Source of the DNA: an uncultured Lachnospiraceae bacterium
Lineage (GTDB): Bacteria; Bacillota; Clostridia; Lachnospirales; Lachnospiraceae
Direction of reading: 5' to 3'
Length of the DNA: 46,316 nucleotides
Assembly (NCBI GenBank): GCA_947177515.1
Contig: CAMWUU010000001.1
Coordinates: forward strand, 1 to 46,316
Part shown: piece by piece, positions 36,222 to 44,929 of the stretch
Position numbering within the stretch: position 1 is the first letter of the stretch
Layout of the letters: each line of letters begins with the position of its first letter
The notes under the pieces: generated by a model
What the model saw: the letters and a program-made list of their open reading frames with translations, nothing else
Databases searched by the model: none
Told to the model about the DNA's origin: nothing
Made by a program: the position numbers and the translations under genes

Positions 36222-37661
36222 ATGAAAGAATTGAACAGAACTAATTTTAAAACGGGTGAAAGACCGATCAAAATTCTTCAGTTTGGCGAGGGAAATTTCC
36301 TGCGCGCCTTTGTTGACTGGATTTTGCAGAATTTAAACGATGCAGGGGTTATTGATTCCGACGTGGCGGTGGTGCAGCCGATGCCGGTGGGCAGGGTGAA
36401 AGAACTAGAGGCGCAGGACGGTCTGTACACGGTTTGTCTTGAGGGGATTGATCAGGGGGAGAAAGTACAGAGCCGCCGTATTATCGACGTGCTGCGCGAT
36501 TTTATTAACCCGTTCGAGCAGTATGAAAAATATCTCTCCTACGCAAAAAGCGAAGATTTGGAAATCATTATCTCAAATACGACCGAGGCGGGCATTGCAC
36601 TGGATCCTTCCGACACGGATTTTTCTGTCTGCCCGAAAAGTTTTCCAGGAAAACTTCTGGCGCTGCTAAAGGCGAGGTATAATCATTTTAACGGGGATAT
36701 GAACAGGGGGTTAGCGATTATTCCGTGCGAGCTGATTGACCACAACGGCGACGAACTAAAAAGGGTTCTTTTAGAACTTGCCGAAATCCATCATATGGAA
36801 CAGGGATTTATAAACTGGCTGACTGAGGCAAATCATTTTACCAGTACACTGGTTGACCGCATTGTTCCCGGCTATCCGCGCGATACCGCAAAAGAAATTT
36901 GCGAGGAAACGGGCTTTTTGGACAATAATATTGTTAAGGGCGAGATTTTCCATCTATGGGTATTGCAGAAGGAGGCCTTTGTGCAGGGGAAGCTTCCGGC
37001 GGATAAATCGGGCTTAAACGTTATTTTCGCGGAGGATATTACCCCGTACAAACAGCGCAAAGTTAAGATTCTAAATGGTTCTCATACCTCGATGGTTCCA
37101 GTCGCATACCTGTGCGGGATTGATACGGTGCGCGAGAGTGTGACAGATCCTGATATTGGAAAATTTATACAGGAACTGGTAAATGAGGAAATCAAGCCGA
37201 CGATCGACCTGCCAAAGGATCAGATGGATGCGTTTGCCTCAAGTGTGATCGAGCGCTTTATGAATCCGTTTATCCGTCATGAGTTAATGTCCATTGCCTT
37301 AAATTCCACAACAAAGTTCAAGACGCGCCTGCTTCCGACTTATAACGACTACCGCGAAAAATTCGGCAGATCGCCAAAGCATATTCTGTTTTCGCTCGCG
37401 TCGCTGATTGTATTTTATCGCGGAAAGCGCGACGGGGAGGAGATCGCACTCGCGGATGCCCCAGAATATCTGGAGTTTTGGAAGAAACTATGGGAGTCTG
37501 GGGAGGATTATATGGCGATGGCGCAGTGTGTGCTGGCGAATGAACTGCTTTGGGAGCAGAGCCTTGCGGTGGATGACAATGTAGAACTTGTTGCGGGATA
37601 TATTGAGAATATTGTAAAGAACGGGGAGAGGGCTGCACTGCGGGACTTTCTTGCCTCGTAG
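36222..37661 (+). CDS. uxaB: Tagaturonate reductase (altronate oxidoreductase)
   Basis: 479 aa, mannitol-dehydrogenase family. N-terminal KILQFGEGNFLRAFVDW is characteristic of UxaB. Confidence 0.85.
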   Translation: MKELNRTNFKTGERPIKILQFGEGNFLRAFVDWILQNLNDAGVIDSDVAVVQPMPVGRVKELEAQDGLYTVCLEGIDQGEKVQSRRIIDVLRDFINPFEQYEKYLSYAKSEDLEIIISNTTEAGIALDPSDTDFSVCPKSFPGKLLALLKARYNHFNGDMNRGLAIIPCELIDHNGDELKRVLLELAEIHHMEQGFINWLTEANHFTSTLVDRIVPGYPRDTAKEICEETGFLDNNIVKGEIFHLWVLQKEAFVQGKLPADKSGLNVIFAEDITPYKQRKVKILNGSHTSMVPVAYLCGIDTVRESVTDPDIGKFIQELVNEEIKPTIDLPKDQMDAFASSVIERFMNPFIRHELMSIALNSTTKFKTRLLPTYNDYREKFGRSPKHILFSLASLIVFYRGKRDGEEIALADAPEYLEFWKKLWESGEDYMAMAQCVLANELLWEQSLAVDDNVELVAGYIENIVKNGERAALRDFLAS

Positions 37662-37739
37662 AAAATCGTATTCTGTAAAATTGGAAAGAATTTCCTGATT
37701 GGTGCATAATTAAACCAATTAAGAAATTTAAAAGTTATT

Positions 37740-37988
37740 ATGGAAAATATAGTAAAACAAATAAATAATATTGCTAATATGGATGATTTTTTAAATTTTA
37801 TTGTTCAGTTAGCTATGGATGCAAAAGAACATCCTGAAGAATGGGCAAACACTACGATCACAGATTATCTGGGGCAGATGGCTAGTTGGCTCGATGACTG
37901 TTCGGGGTTTGATGATACGATTGACTGGGAAAAAACAGATTATAAAACATTTGCAAAAATACTGTATATGGGAAAAATTTATGAGTGA
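37740..37988 (+). CDS. Small 82-aa hypothetical protein (acidic, W-rich; DUF-type)
   Basis: AT-rich insert between uxaB and uxaA. Motif EEWANTTITDYLGQMASWLDD...DWEKTDYKTFAKILYMGKIYE resembles a recurrent small-protein family I cannot name with certainty. No clear RBS. Confidence 0.45.
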   Translation: MENIVKQINNIANMDDFLNFIVQLAMDAKEHPEEWANTTITDYLGQMASWLDDCSGFDDTIDWEKTDYKTFAKILYMGKIYE

Positions 37989-38088
37989 AATTTACAAGTA
38001 AAATTTACTCATAAATAACCGAATTTTTACCGGCGGAAAAGATATTGGATTTTGATGGATCTTTTGTTTTGGGAGATGGGGGAACTGC

Positions 38089-39567
38089 ATGAAAAAGACA
38101 ATTATTATATCGCCTTTAGACTCTGTTGCCGTTGCGCTCCTCCCCCTAAAAAAGGGGGAGGAAGCGGAGGGTATTGTACTTTTGGAGGATATTGAAAAGG
38201 GGCATAAATTTGCCCTTCGGGATATCAGGGGCGGCGAACAGGTAATAAAATATGGTGAAGTTATTGGCAGGGCAACAACAAATATTGCGGCGGGCTGTCA
38301 TGTTCACAGCCATAACATGGAAACCGGTCTTTTAGGAACACTGGAATATTCCTATCACAAAAAGGAAACGGCACAACAAGGCAGATATCAAAGCCGCACC
38401 GTTTCCGTCTATGAGCGGGAATCCGGTGAGGTAGGCATCCGAAACGAGCTGTGGGTGATCCCGACCGTTGGCTGCGTGAATGCACAGGCGCGCCGGATTG
38501 CCTGCGAATTTTTAAAGAAACATGGGGAACTGCCCGGTATTGATGGCGTTTTTGCTTATACACATCCGTATGGATGTTCTCAGATCGGGGAAGACCATGA
38601 ACGCACTCGCCGGACGCTTCAGAGGATGGCAAAACATCCGAATTGCGGCGGTGTGCTGGTGTTAGGACTTGGCTGTGAGAATAACCGCATGGATATTTTT
38701 CGGGAAACGCTTGGAGATTATGACAAAAGCCGGACGCGTTTTCTTGTGGCACAGGAAGTTGAAAACGAGATTGATACAGGGGTTGCATATTTGGAGGAAC
38801 TATATGCGGCTGCAAAGAATGATATGCGCGTGCAGAAGGATATTTCCTGTCTGAAAATTGGCTTAAAATGCGGCGGTTCGGACGGGCTTTCGGGTATTAC
38901 AGCAAATCCGCTTGTCGGTCGTTTTTCGGACTATATTGCGGGAGTTGGCGGCACAACGGTGCTTACGGAGGTGCCGGAAATGTTTGGCGCGGAACAGCTT
39001 TTGATGGATCGCGCGAAGGATGAAGCTACATTTGATAAGATTGTGCGGCTGGTCAACGGGTTTAAGGAATATTATCAAAAGCATGATCAGCCGGTTTATG
39101 AAAATCCGTCACCAGGAAACAAGGCGGGCGGGATTACAACCTTGGAAGACAAGTCCTTAGGCTGTACGCAGAAATCTGGCACGGGCGAAGTCTGCGATGT
39201 GCTCTTTGACGGCGATGCGCTTATAGCACGCGGGTTGAATCTGTTAAACGGACCTGGCAATGATATGGTTGCTGTTACTAATCTTGCAAGCGCAGGATGC
39301 CATATTGTCTTGTTTACGACGGGACGCGGCACGCCGTTCGGGGGTTTTGTCCCAACGATCAAGATTTCCACCAATTCCGAACTTGCAGGGCGCAAAGCAA
39401 ATTGGATTGATTTTGATGCGGGCGGGATTGCAGAGGGCGGCAGTTTTGAGGAGAAGCTTGACGAACTGATCGAACTGGTAGTGGCGACTGCGAACGGGCA
39501 GCAGACCGCAAACGAACGTACCGGCGCGAGGGATATTGCGATCTTTAAGACGGGAGTTACCCTGTAG
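38089..39567 (+). CDS. uxaA: Altronate dehydratase
   Basis: 492 aa. N-terminal SAF domain (GHKFALRDI..GEQVIKYGEVIG) and a UxaA/GarD C-terminal domain with conserved Cys residues. Confidence 0.9.
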   Translation: MKKTIIISPLDSVAVALLPLKKGEEAEGIVLLEDIEKGHKFALRDIRGGEQVIKYGEVIGRATTNIAAGCHVHSHNMETGLLGTLEYSYHKKETAQQGRYQSRTVSVYERESGEVGIRNELWVIPTVGCVNAQARRIACEFLKKHGELPGIDGVFAYTHPYGCSQIGEDHERTRRTLQRMAKHPNCGGVLVLGLGCENNRMDIFRETLGDYDKSRTRFLVAQEVENEIDTGVAYLEELYAAAKNDMRVQKDISCLKIGLKCGGSDGLSGITANPLVGRFSDYIAGVGGTTVLTEVPEMFGAEQLLMDRAKDEATFDKIVRLVNGFKEYYQKHDQPVYENPSPGNKAGGITTLEDKSLGCTQKSGTGEVCDVLFDGDALIARGLNLLNGPGNDMVAVTNLASAGCHIVLFTTGRGTPFGGFVPTIKISTNSELAGRKANWIDFDAGGIAEGGSFEEKLDELIELVVATANGQQTANERTGARDIAIFKTGVTL

Positions 39568-39697
39568 TTAGCTTAAAAGTGTTGGTTTGTGCTTTGTATG
39601 GCGGGAAATTTAACCTATTCTAGTAAGAAGTCCCCCACTTCTTTAGGCGTAGCAGGATGTCGCAATCGGATAACAGCATAAAACAAGGAGGCGGTAC

Positions 39698-40285
39698 ATG
39701 GACGCGCAAGAAATAAGGTCAGTGATAAAAAAATTTTTTGAAACATTGTACGAAAAGATGAAAGATGTGGATGAAGTCTTAGTGAAGATACCAGTTGTCG
39801 AGGGCAACGAACCAATGTGGGAGGAAGGATGTGTGCCGGATGAGGAGGAGTGGGTGACCTGGAGGCTGCTTAAGGCGCAGGTGGACGATAAGGAAATTGC
39901 CGCCCTGGAGGAAGAAATCGGTGTAAAACTCCCCCAGGTTTTAAAAATATTTCTCACTACCTATTATCATTATTTTGATGGGGTTGGCAGGAACCCGGTG
40001 GAAAACAAGTTTGAGGGGATTTTGGGTGCTTGGAATCCCATGCTGGTGAGAAATGGATACCTGCCGTTTGCATGGGATGCGAAGGGATATTTTATCCGCT
40101 GTATGGATCTGGCCAATATGCCGGAAGAAGAAAAATGTCCGATTGTGCAGATTGACCACGAGGTCATGTTTGATTTTGACGAGGATCACACGGGCAGGGA
40201 AGAATTGGAAGAGGTAATGGAGCCAGTTGCGGAAAATTTCTTTGCTTTCCTTAACGCGGTGTTAAATGGGGAGGAGGAAGTTTAA
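39698..40285 (+). CDS. SMI1/KNR4 (SUKH-1) family protein, immunity-protein-like
   Basis: Pattern IAALEEEIGVKLPQVLKIFL ... YLPFAWDAKGYFIRCMDL ... CPIVQIDHE fits the SUKH-1 fold signature. AAGGAGG RBS. Confidence 0.6.
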   Translation: MDAQEIRSVIKKFFETLYEKMKDVDEVLVKIPVVEGNEPMWEEGCVPDEEEWVTWRLLKAQVDDKEIAALEEEIGVKLPQVLKIFLTTYYHYFDGVGRNPVENKFEGILGAWNPMLVRNGYLPFAWDAKGYFIRCMDLANMPEEEKCPIVQIDHEVMFDFDEDHTGREELEEVMEPVAENFFAFLNAVLNGEEEV

Positions 40286-40312
40286 ATTGCCGGTCAGGGA
40301 TAGGATAGTATT

Positions 40313-40529
40313 GGGATTGATTTAGGCTTAAAAACTTTGTGCTTATTTCCAAAGGCAAAACCTATAAGAACATCTGGAAAAACTTAATAAGAATATCAAT
40401 AAGCCGGCAGGAATTAAGAGATTGGAAAAACAATTACGCAGGGTACAGGGACGTTTGGTTCGTGCAGTGCGCAGGGTGTCTTATGAAAAGCAGGAAAAAT
40501 TATTTAAGATTTCGCAGGAATCAATTTAA
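40313..40529 (+). pseudogene. Possible decayed IS200/IS605-family TnpB (OrfB) fragment
   Basis: Three consecutive segments lie in three different frames. They are GIDLGLKTL (40313-40339, RuvC-I-like), ISKGKTYKNI.KNL, and LEKLNKNINK...RLEKQLRR...EKLFKISQESI (40368-40526). Their order matches the N-terminal RuvC region of TnpB. Stops and frameshifts interrupt it. Confidence 0.3.
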
Positions 40530-40866
40530 ATGGAAATTGATTGGCTGGCATTCAGATTCCATTTGCAGCAAATGTGGGGAGAAAGCCATCTATCAGATTG
40601 ACAAGTATGATGCATGGTGTTGTGCCTCATGCAATGAATGGCTTGACGAGGTATGTGGTGACCCAGACTGCCCATACTGTGGTCAAAGACCAAAAACACC
40701 ATATGAAGCTTATTTTATGGCCGATATGGAGGCAGGCAGCGCAGGCCAGAACAAGCGCTGGAGGTGCGATAATTATCAGCACAAAACAAATGGTATGATA
40801 AGATATAAAAAGCGCAGGGAAGCGATTGATGCAAAGGGGGATTGTTATGAAAAATTTCATGGATAA
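40483..40866 (+). CDS. Cys-rich zinc-ribbon protein (hypothetical)
   Basis: ORF track 40339..40866 (GTG), with an internal ATG at 40483. Motifs CSKCG-x14-CASC and CGDPDCPYCGQRP. Its 3' end overlaps the uxaC start by 20 nt. Confidence 0.45.
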   Translation: MKSRKNYLRFRRNQFKWKLIGWHSDSICSKCGEKAIYQIDKYDAWCCASCNEWLDEVCGDPDCPYCGQRPKTPYEAYFMADMEAGSAGQNKRWRCDNYQHKTNGMIRYKKRREAIDAKGDCYEKFHG

Positions 40867-42241
40867 GGATTTTGTCCTTAAAAACAAAACGGCTCAGACC
40901 CTTTACGATAATTATGCAAAGGATATGCCGATTTTTGATTTCCACTGTCATTTGAGCATTGAGGAAATCTACAATGATAAAAAATTTTCTTCCATCACCG
41001 AGGCGTGGCTTGGCGGTGACCATTATAAATGGCGACTGATGCGCGAGATGGGTGTGGATGAAAGTTATATCACAGGGGATAAAAGTGACTATGAGAAATT
41101 TTTAAAGTATGCCGAGGTGATGCCTTATGCGATTGGCAACCCGATTTTCCACTGGACACACTTAGAACTGCGCCGCTATTTTGGCATCGATGAAATTCTT
41201 TCGCCCCAAACGGCGGAATCGATTTTTAAACGCGCGAATGAAAAGCTGGAAACGCTTACCGCGCGAAAATTAATTACCATGAGTAATGTAAAAAAGCTTT
41301 TTACGACGGATGATCCGATTGATGACCTGCATTTCCATAAACTGCTGCGGGAGGACAAATCCTTTGAGGTTGAGGTGGATCCAGCGTTCCGTCCGGACAA
41401 AGCGATCAATATCGAGCTGCCAACCTATGTTCCTTATATTGCAAAGCTTGCGGATGCTGCGGATGTAAGGATTGACGGGATAGAAAGCCTTTGCGCGGCG
41501 CTGACAAAGCGCATTGAATATTTTGACAGCATAGGCTGCGTATGTTCCGATCATGCGCTCGATGTTGTAATGTATATGCCTGCCACTATGGAGCAGGTGG
41601 ATAAAATTGTGAAAAAGGCACTTGCGGGCGACGATTTAACCCGTATGGAGGTGGAGCAGTATAAGGGATATATCCTTGTACATCTGGGCAGACAGTACGC
41701 GCGCCTGCACTGGGTGCAGCAGTATCATATCGGCGCGCTGCGCAATAATTCCGCAAGATATATGGGACTGCTTGGATCTGATACAGGATTTGATGCGATC
41801 GAGGATCAGACTTTTGCAAAGAAACTTTCCATGCTGTTAGATATGCTTGATTCTACGGATGAACTGCCAAAAACCATCCTTTACTGCCTGAATCCGAGGG
41901 ATAACGAGGTCTTGGCGACATTGATAAACTGTTTCCAACAGGGCGGGATTGTCGGTAAGATGCAGTTTGGCTCGGCATGGTGGTTTAACGACCAGAAGGA
42001 TGGGATGGAGCGCCAGCTAATGGCTTTATCGCAGGTTGGATTAATCAGTAAATTTGTCGGGATGCTGACCGACAGCCGCAGTTTCCTCTCCTACACACGC
42101 CACGAGTATTTTCGCAGGATTCTTTGTAATATGCTCGGTACACTGATTGAGGAGGGAGAGTATCCAAACGAAGTCGAATTTGTTGGCGGGATTGTTAAAG
42201 ATATTTGCTATCATAATGCAGTGAATTATTTTAGAAAATAA
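40847..42241 (+). CDS. uxaC: Glucuronate (uronate) isomerase
   Basis: ATG 40847 follows AAAGGGGGA. The N-terminus MKNFMDKDF..LYDNYAKDMPIFDFHCHL is typical of UxaC. 464 aa. Confidence 0.9.
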   Translation: MKNFMDKDFVLKNKTAQTLYDNYAKDMPIFDFHCHLSIEEIYNDKKFSSITEAWLGGDHYKWRLMREMGVDESYITGDKSDYEKFLKYAEVMPYAIGNPIFHWTHLELRRYFGIDEILSPQTAESIFKRANEKLETLTARKLITMSNVKKLFTTDDPIDDLHFHKLLREDKSFEVEVDPAFRPDKAINIELPTYVPYIAKLADAADVRIDGIESLCAALTKRIEYFDSIGCVCSDHALDVVMYMPATMEQVDKIVKKALAGDDLTRMEVEQYKGYILVHLGRQYARLHWVQQYHIGALRNNSARYMGLLGSDTGFDAIEDQTFAKKLSMLLDMLDSTDELPKTILYCLNPRDNEVLATLINCFQQGGIVGKMQFGSAWWFNDQKDGMERQLMALSQVGLISKFVGMLTDSRSFLSYTRHEYFRRILCNMLGTLIEEGEYPNEVEFVGGIVKDICYHNAVNYFRK

Positions 42242-42308
42242 TATCTGCCTGCCTGTACGTTGCATAAATGGACGTAAAGTGGGGCAGCGGGAATTGTTTG
42301 GTTTTCAG

Positions 42309-42344
42309 GGTTGGTGGGATTCTAAAATAGGGATCCCACCAACC
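42309..42344. terminator. 12-bp perfect hairpin between convergent uxaC and methyltransferase genes
   Basis: GGTTGGTGGGAT ... ATCCCACCAACC with a 12-nt loop. No clear U-tract on either strand. Confidence 0.5.
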
Positions 42345-42355
42345 GGGTAGGGTAA

Positions 42356-43285
42356 TTAATCTAAATGGAGTTGTAGCTGCATAGGTACACGGTTAGGATT
42401 TTCTATGTACTCCTTTAAATGTAGTGCTACATATCTAGCTAGTTCTACAGGAACCGCATTCCCTATTATCTGTTCTAAGTCTGTTTTATTTCCCGAAAAC
42501 TTAAATGATTTGGGAAATGTTTGAATTCTGGCTCTTTCAAGGGTAGTAAGAGGTCTAACCTTGCTTAGATCTTTTGTTGCATCCCCCGAATGTATAGAAT
42601 AGCAAGGGGGAATTGGTCTGTTAACCCCTCGTACAGTCGGGCTGGGTTCGTCAATACTAAAAATACCTCTTCTTGTATATGATCTCGGATGACGGTAATA
42701 GAATTCGGTATGGAATTCATCACCGAGGTATTCACGAATTGTTGTACTTTTTGAAGATAAATCGGCATATAAACTAGAAGTTAAAAAATCGTCATTATCA
42801 TCTTTATGTCCAATTAAAAAAAATCGTTTTCTTTTTTGGGGAACACCACAAAGGGAAGCATCCAGAATCACTTGCGATAAACCATATTTTTCTGATCTGA
42901 AAAGAGCTATTGCCTTTGGCAGGGTTTGTGATTTCAAAATTCTGTCCACATTCTCCATAACAAACCATTCCGGCTTTACGGAGCAAATCAGTTCAGTATA
43001 CCTAAGTGTTAGATTAGCACGTCCCTGTGTTTCGTCTTGTTTTCCGGCAGAAGAATAATCTTGACATGGTGGTCCTCCTATAATAATATCTGGAGAAAAA
43101 CTTTTGAGGTATTCCGGCGTAAGATCGTATGCATCAATTAACTCTGCATTATGGTCAAAATTATTGTTATATATTTCAACGGCCTTATCCCAATTATCAA
43201 AGGCCTTAACCATATTAAACCCTGCCTTGTGAAAGCCTAATGATAAGCCGCCGCACCCACAAAATATGTCAACTACATTAATCAT
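42356..43285 (-). CDS. DNA (cytosine-5)-methyltransferase, type II
   Basis: All hallmark m5C motifs are present: I DIFCGCGGLSLGF, IV GGPPCQDYS, VI VMENV, VIII QKRKRFFLIG, X GNAVPVELA. A GAGGAGG RBS sits inside the 3' end of the upstream gene. Confidence 0.93.
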   Translation of the reverse strand: MINVVDIFCGCGGLSLGFHKAGFNMVKAFDNWDKAVEIYNNNFDHNAELIDAYDLTPEYLKSFSPDIIIGGPPCQDYSSAGKQDETQGRANLTLRYTELICSVKPEWFVMENVDRILKSQTLPKAIALFRSEKYGLSQVILDASLCGVPQKRKRFFLIGHKDDNDDFLTSSLYADLSSKSTTIREYLGDEFHTEFYYRHPRSYTRRGIFSIDEPSPTVRGVNRPIPPCYSIHSGDATKDLSKVRPLTTLERARIQTFPKSFKFSGNKTDLEQIIGNAVPVELARYVALHLKEYIENPNRVPMQLQLHLD

Positions 43286-44373
43286 ACTTCCTCCTCGAAT
43301 AAATCAGGCGAGTTATAAATAATAGCATCAAAACGTCTTTCAGGGCTTAACAAATTTTGTCCGCCTCCCAAAATGATATTCTTGATTTCCTGTTTTGTAA
43401 TCCTTGGGTTAGTTAGTTCGGGACAAGTCATAATAGGATGTGTCCGCAACCCGTTTGATGCAAAGGCTTTATCGTTTTTTGTATTGTACGATAACTCATC
43501 AATAATACGCCTTCCGTCAAAATGCCCGTTTTCAGCGTAGTCTTTAAGCATCTTAAAGAGCCAGATCATTGTCCTTTCATGTCTGCCTATCTTTTTAAGA
43601 TGCTTTATTCCATTAGGGGCAGTAATAAAGTCACTTTCACTTGGCATAAATAGTAATAACATGCCACAATTGCTCCATACGAAAACATCCAGACAATGAT
43701 CGGATAATTTGGGGGATTTCCCTTCTGTTTTCCATATTGGTTCCATAATTATGGGTATTTGATTATGATAACTTGCGCAAACGATCCTTTTTATCGCGTT
43801 ATAAATTCCGTATGTATGTGGTAAAATAGAATTTATTTCGCTCCAGTCATTAATATCATGACATACATCACAAAGAAGTTCTTTTATTAGAACCAAATCA
43901 TCATTAAGTGCATGGATAAAACTGCATGCAAGATAAATGATTGTATCAGGTCTGATTACGATTTCTGAGCCAAAGAACTCATCCGATAGTTCACAGGTTG
44001 GATTGTCAGGTAATGCAACCAGTTTGATCTCTAGTGATGTAAGGCATTGGCCATTAGATAAGATTACCAGATCGTTTCTCGGGATACTTCCAGTAACATA
44101 TTTCTGAAATGGAGTATATTGTGTTTCGAAAGAAAAATAAATATCATCTCCTAATGGATCTATCCCAAACAGTTCGTCTATTCCAATTTTAATGATATTT
44201 TTATTCATATTAGTATTTGCTGTGCAGTAAACTGCTTTCATTCCTTTTGAGTAAAGATAGCAGGCTAATGCAGCAGGAAATGATGAATTGAATTGATTCT
44301 TTCCCCAAGTGTCTTTTAATGAATAATCACGATTGGAATGAACAATTCCAAATAGTCTTGGATTATCGGGCAT
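43282..44373 (-). CDS. Type II restriction endonuclease (PD-(D/E)xK)
   Basis: 4-bp ATGA overlap with the m5C methyltransferase. Candidate catalytic motif PRNDLVI-x11-SLEIKL. AAGGAGG RBS. AT-rich composition like the methyltransferase. Confidence 0.7.
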   Translation of the reverse strand: MPDNPRLFGIVHSNRDYSLKDTWGKNQFNSSFPAALACYLYSKGMKAVYCTANTNMNKNIIKIGIDELFGIDPLGDDIYFSFETQYTPFQKYVTGSIPRNDLVILSNGQCLTSLEIKLVALPDNPTCELSDEFFGSEIVIRPDTIIYLACSFIHALNDDLVLIKELLCDVCHDINDWSEINSILPHTYGIYNAIKRIVCASYHNQIPIIMEPIWKTEGKSPKLSDHCLDVFVWSNCGMLLLFMPSESDFITAPNGIKHLKKIGRHERTMIWLFKMLKDYAENGHFDGRRIIDELSYNTKNDKAFASNGLRTHPIMTCPELTNPRITKQEIKNIILGGGQNLLSPERRFDAIIYNSPDLFEEEV

Positions 44374-44468
44374 CGTAATCCTCCTTAAATTAAAAAATTC
44401 CCATATTATTTTATCATACTTACCGAAAAGATCAAGAGATAAATTATTAATAGTAAATTATGTTGTGT

Positions 44469-44499
44469 GAAACAGTAAAACTCTGGAAACAGTAAAAAC
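44469..44499. repeat. Direct repeat GAAACAGTAAAA x2 (17-bp period) upstream of the R-M operon
   Basis: GAAACAGTAAAAC-tctg-GAAACAGTAAAAAC, about 100 bp upstream of the endonuclease start on the opposite strand's 5' side. Confidence 0.5.
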
Positions 44500-44896
44500 A
44501 CGGAGATCATCCTCTTATCAACTAATTATGACCAACAGTCATTTTTGGGGTTAAATGAAGTCGACTATGCTTCCCTATTCAGCATAAATCCCCACAAGGT
44601 GTGATACAACGCTGGTATAATAGCAGTTTTCAGACACTTATAAATACCTGCTGGATATTTTTTATTTCAGGTATGTTTGGAAGGGTTGTATTTGAGTTTC
44701 CGATTTTTCCTGTCTGCTTTCTGCAAAGCCGCTAAATACCAGACGTATGGGTATTGTTGTGATTGTGCTTTTTATGAATAATACTGATTTTATGCGGGCT
44801 TCGAAGGTGCAAATTTTAAAAATGGGGAAACTTAAAAGAGTTGCAGTCTTGAAAAAAATTTGGTATTCATATATAATTTAGGAAGAGTTTTAAAGA

Positions 44897-44929
44897 TTTT
44901 ATGTAATGTGGGTAGGATATTACATAAAA
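44897..44929. promoter_or_regulatory. 11-bp perfect inverted repeat upstream of ORF 44965
   Basis: TTTTATGTAAT-N11-ATTACATAAAA, ending 35 nt before the ATG at 44965. Confidence 0.35.
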
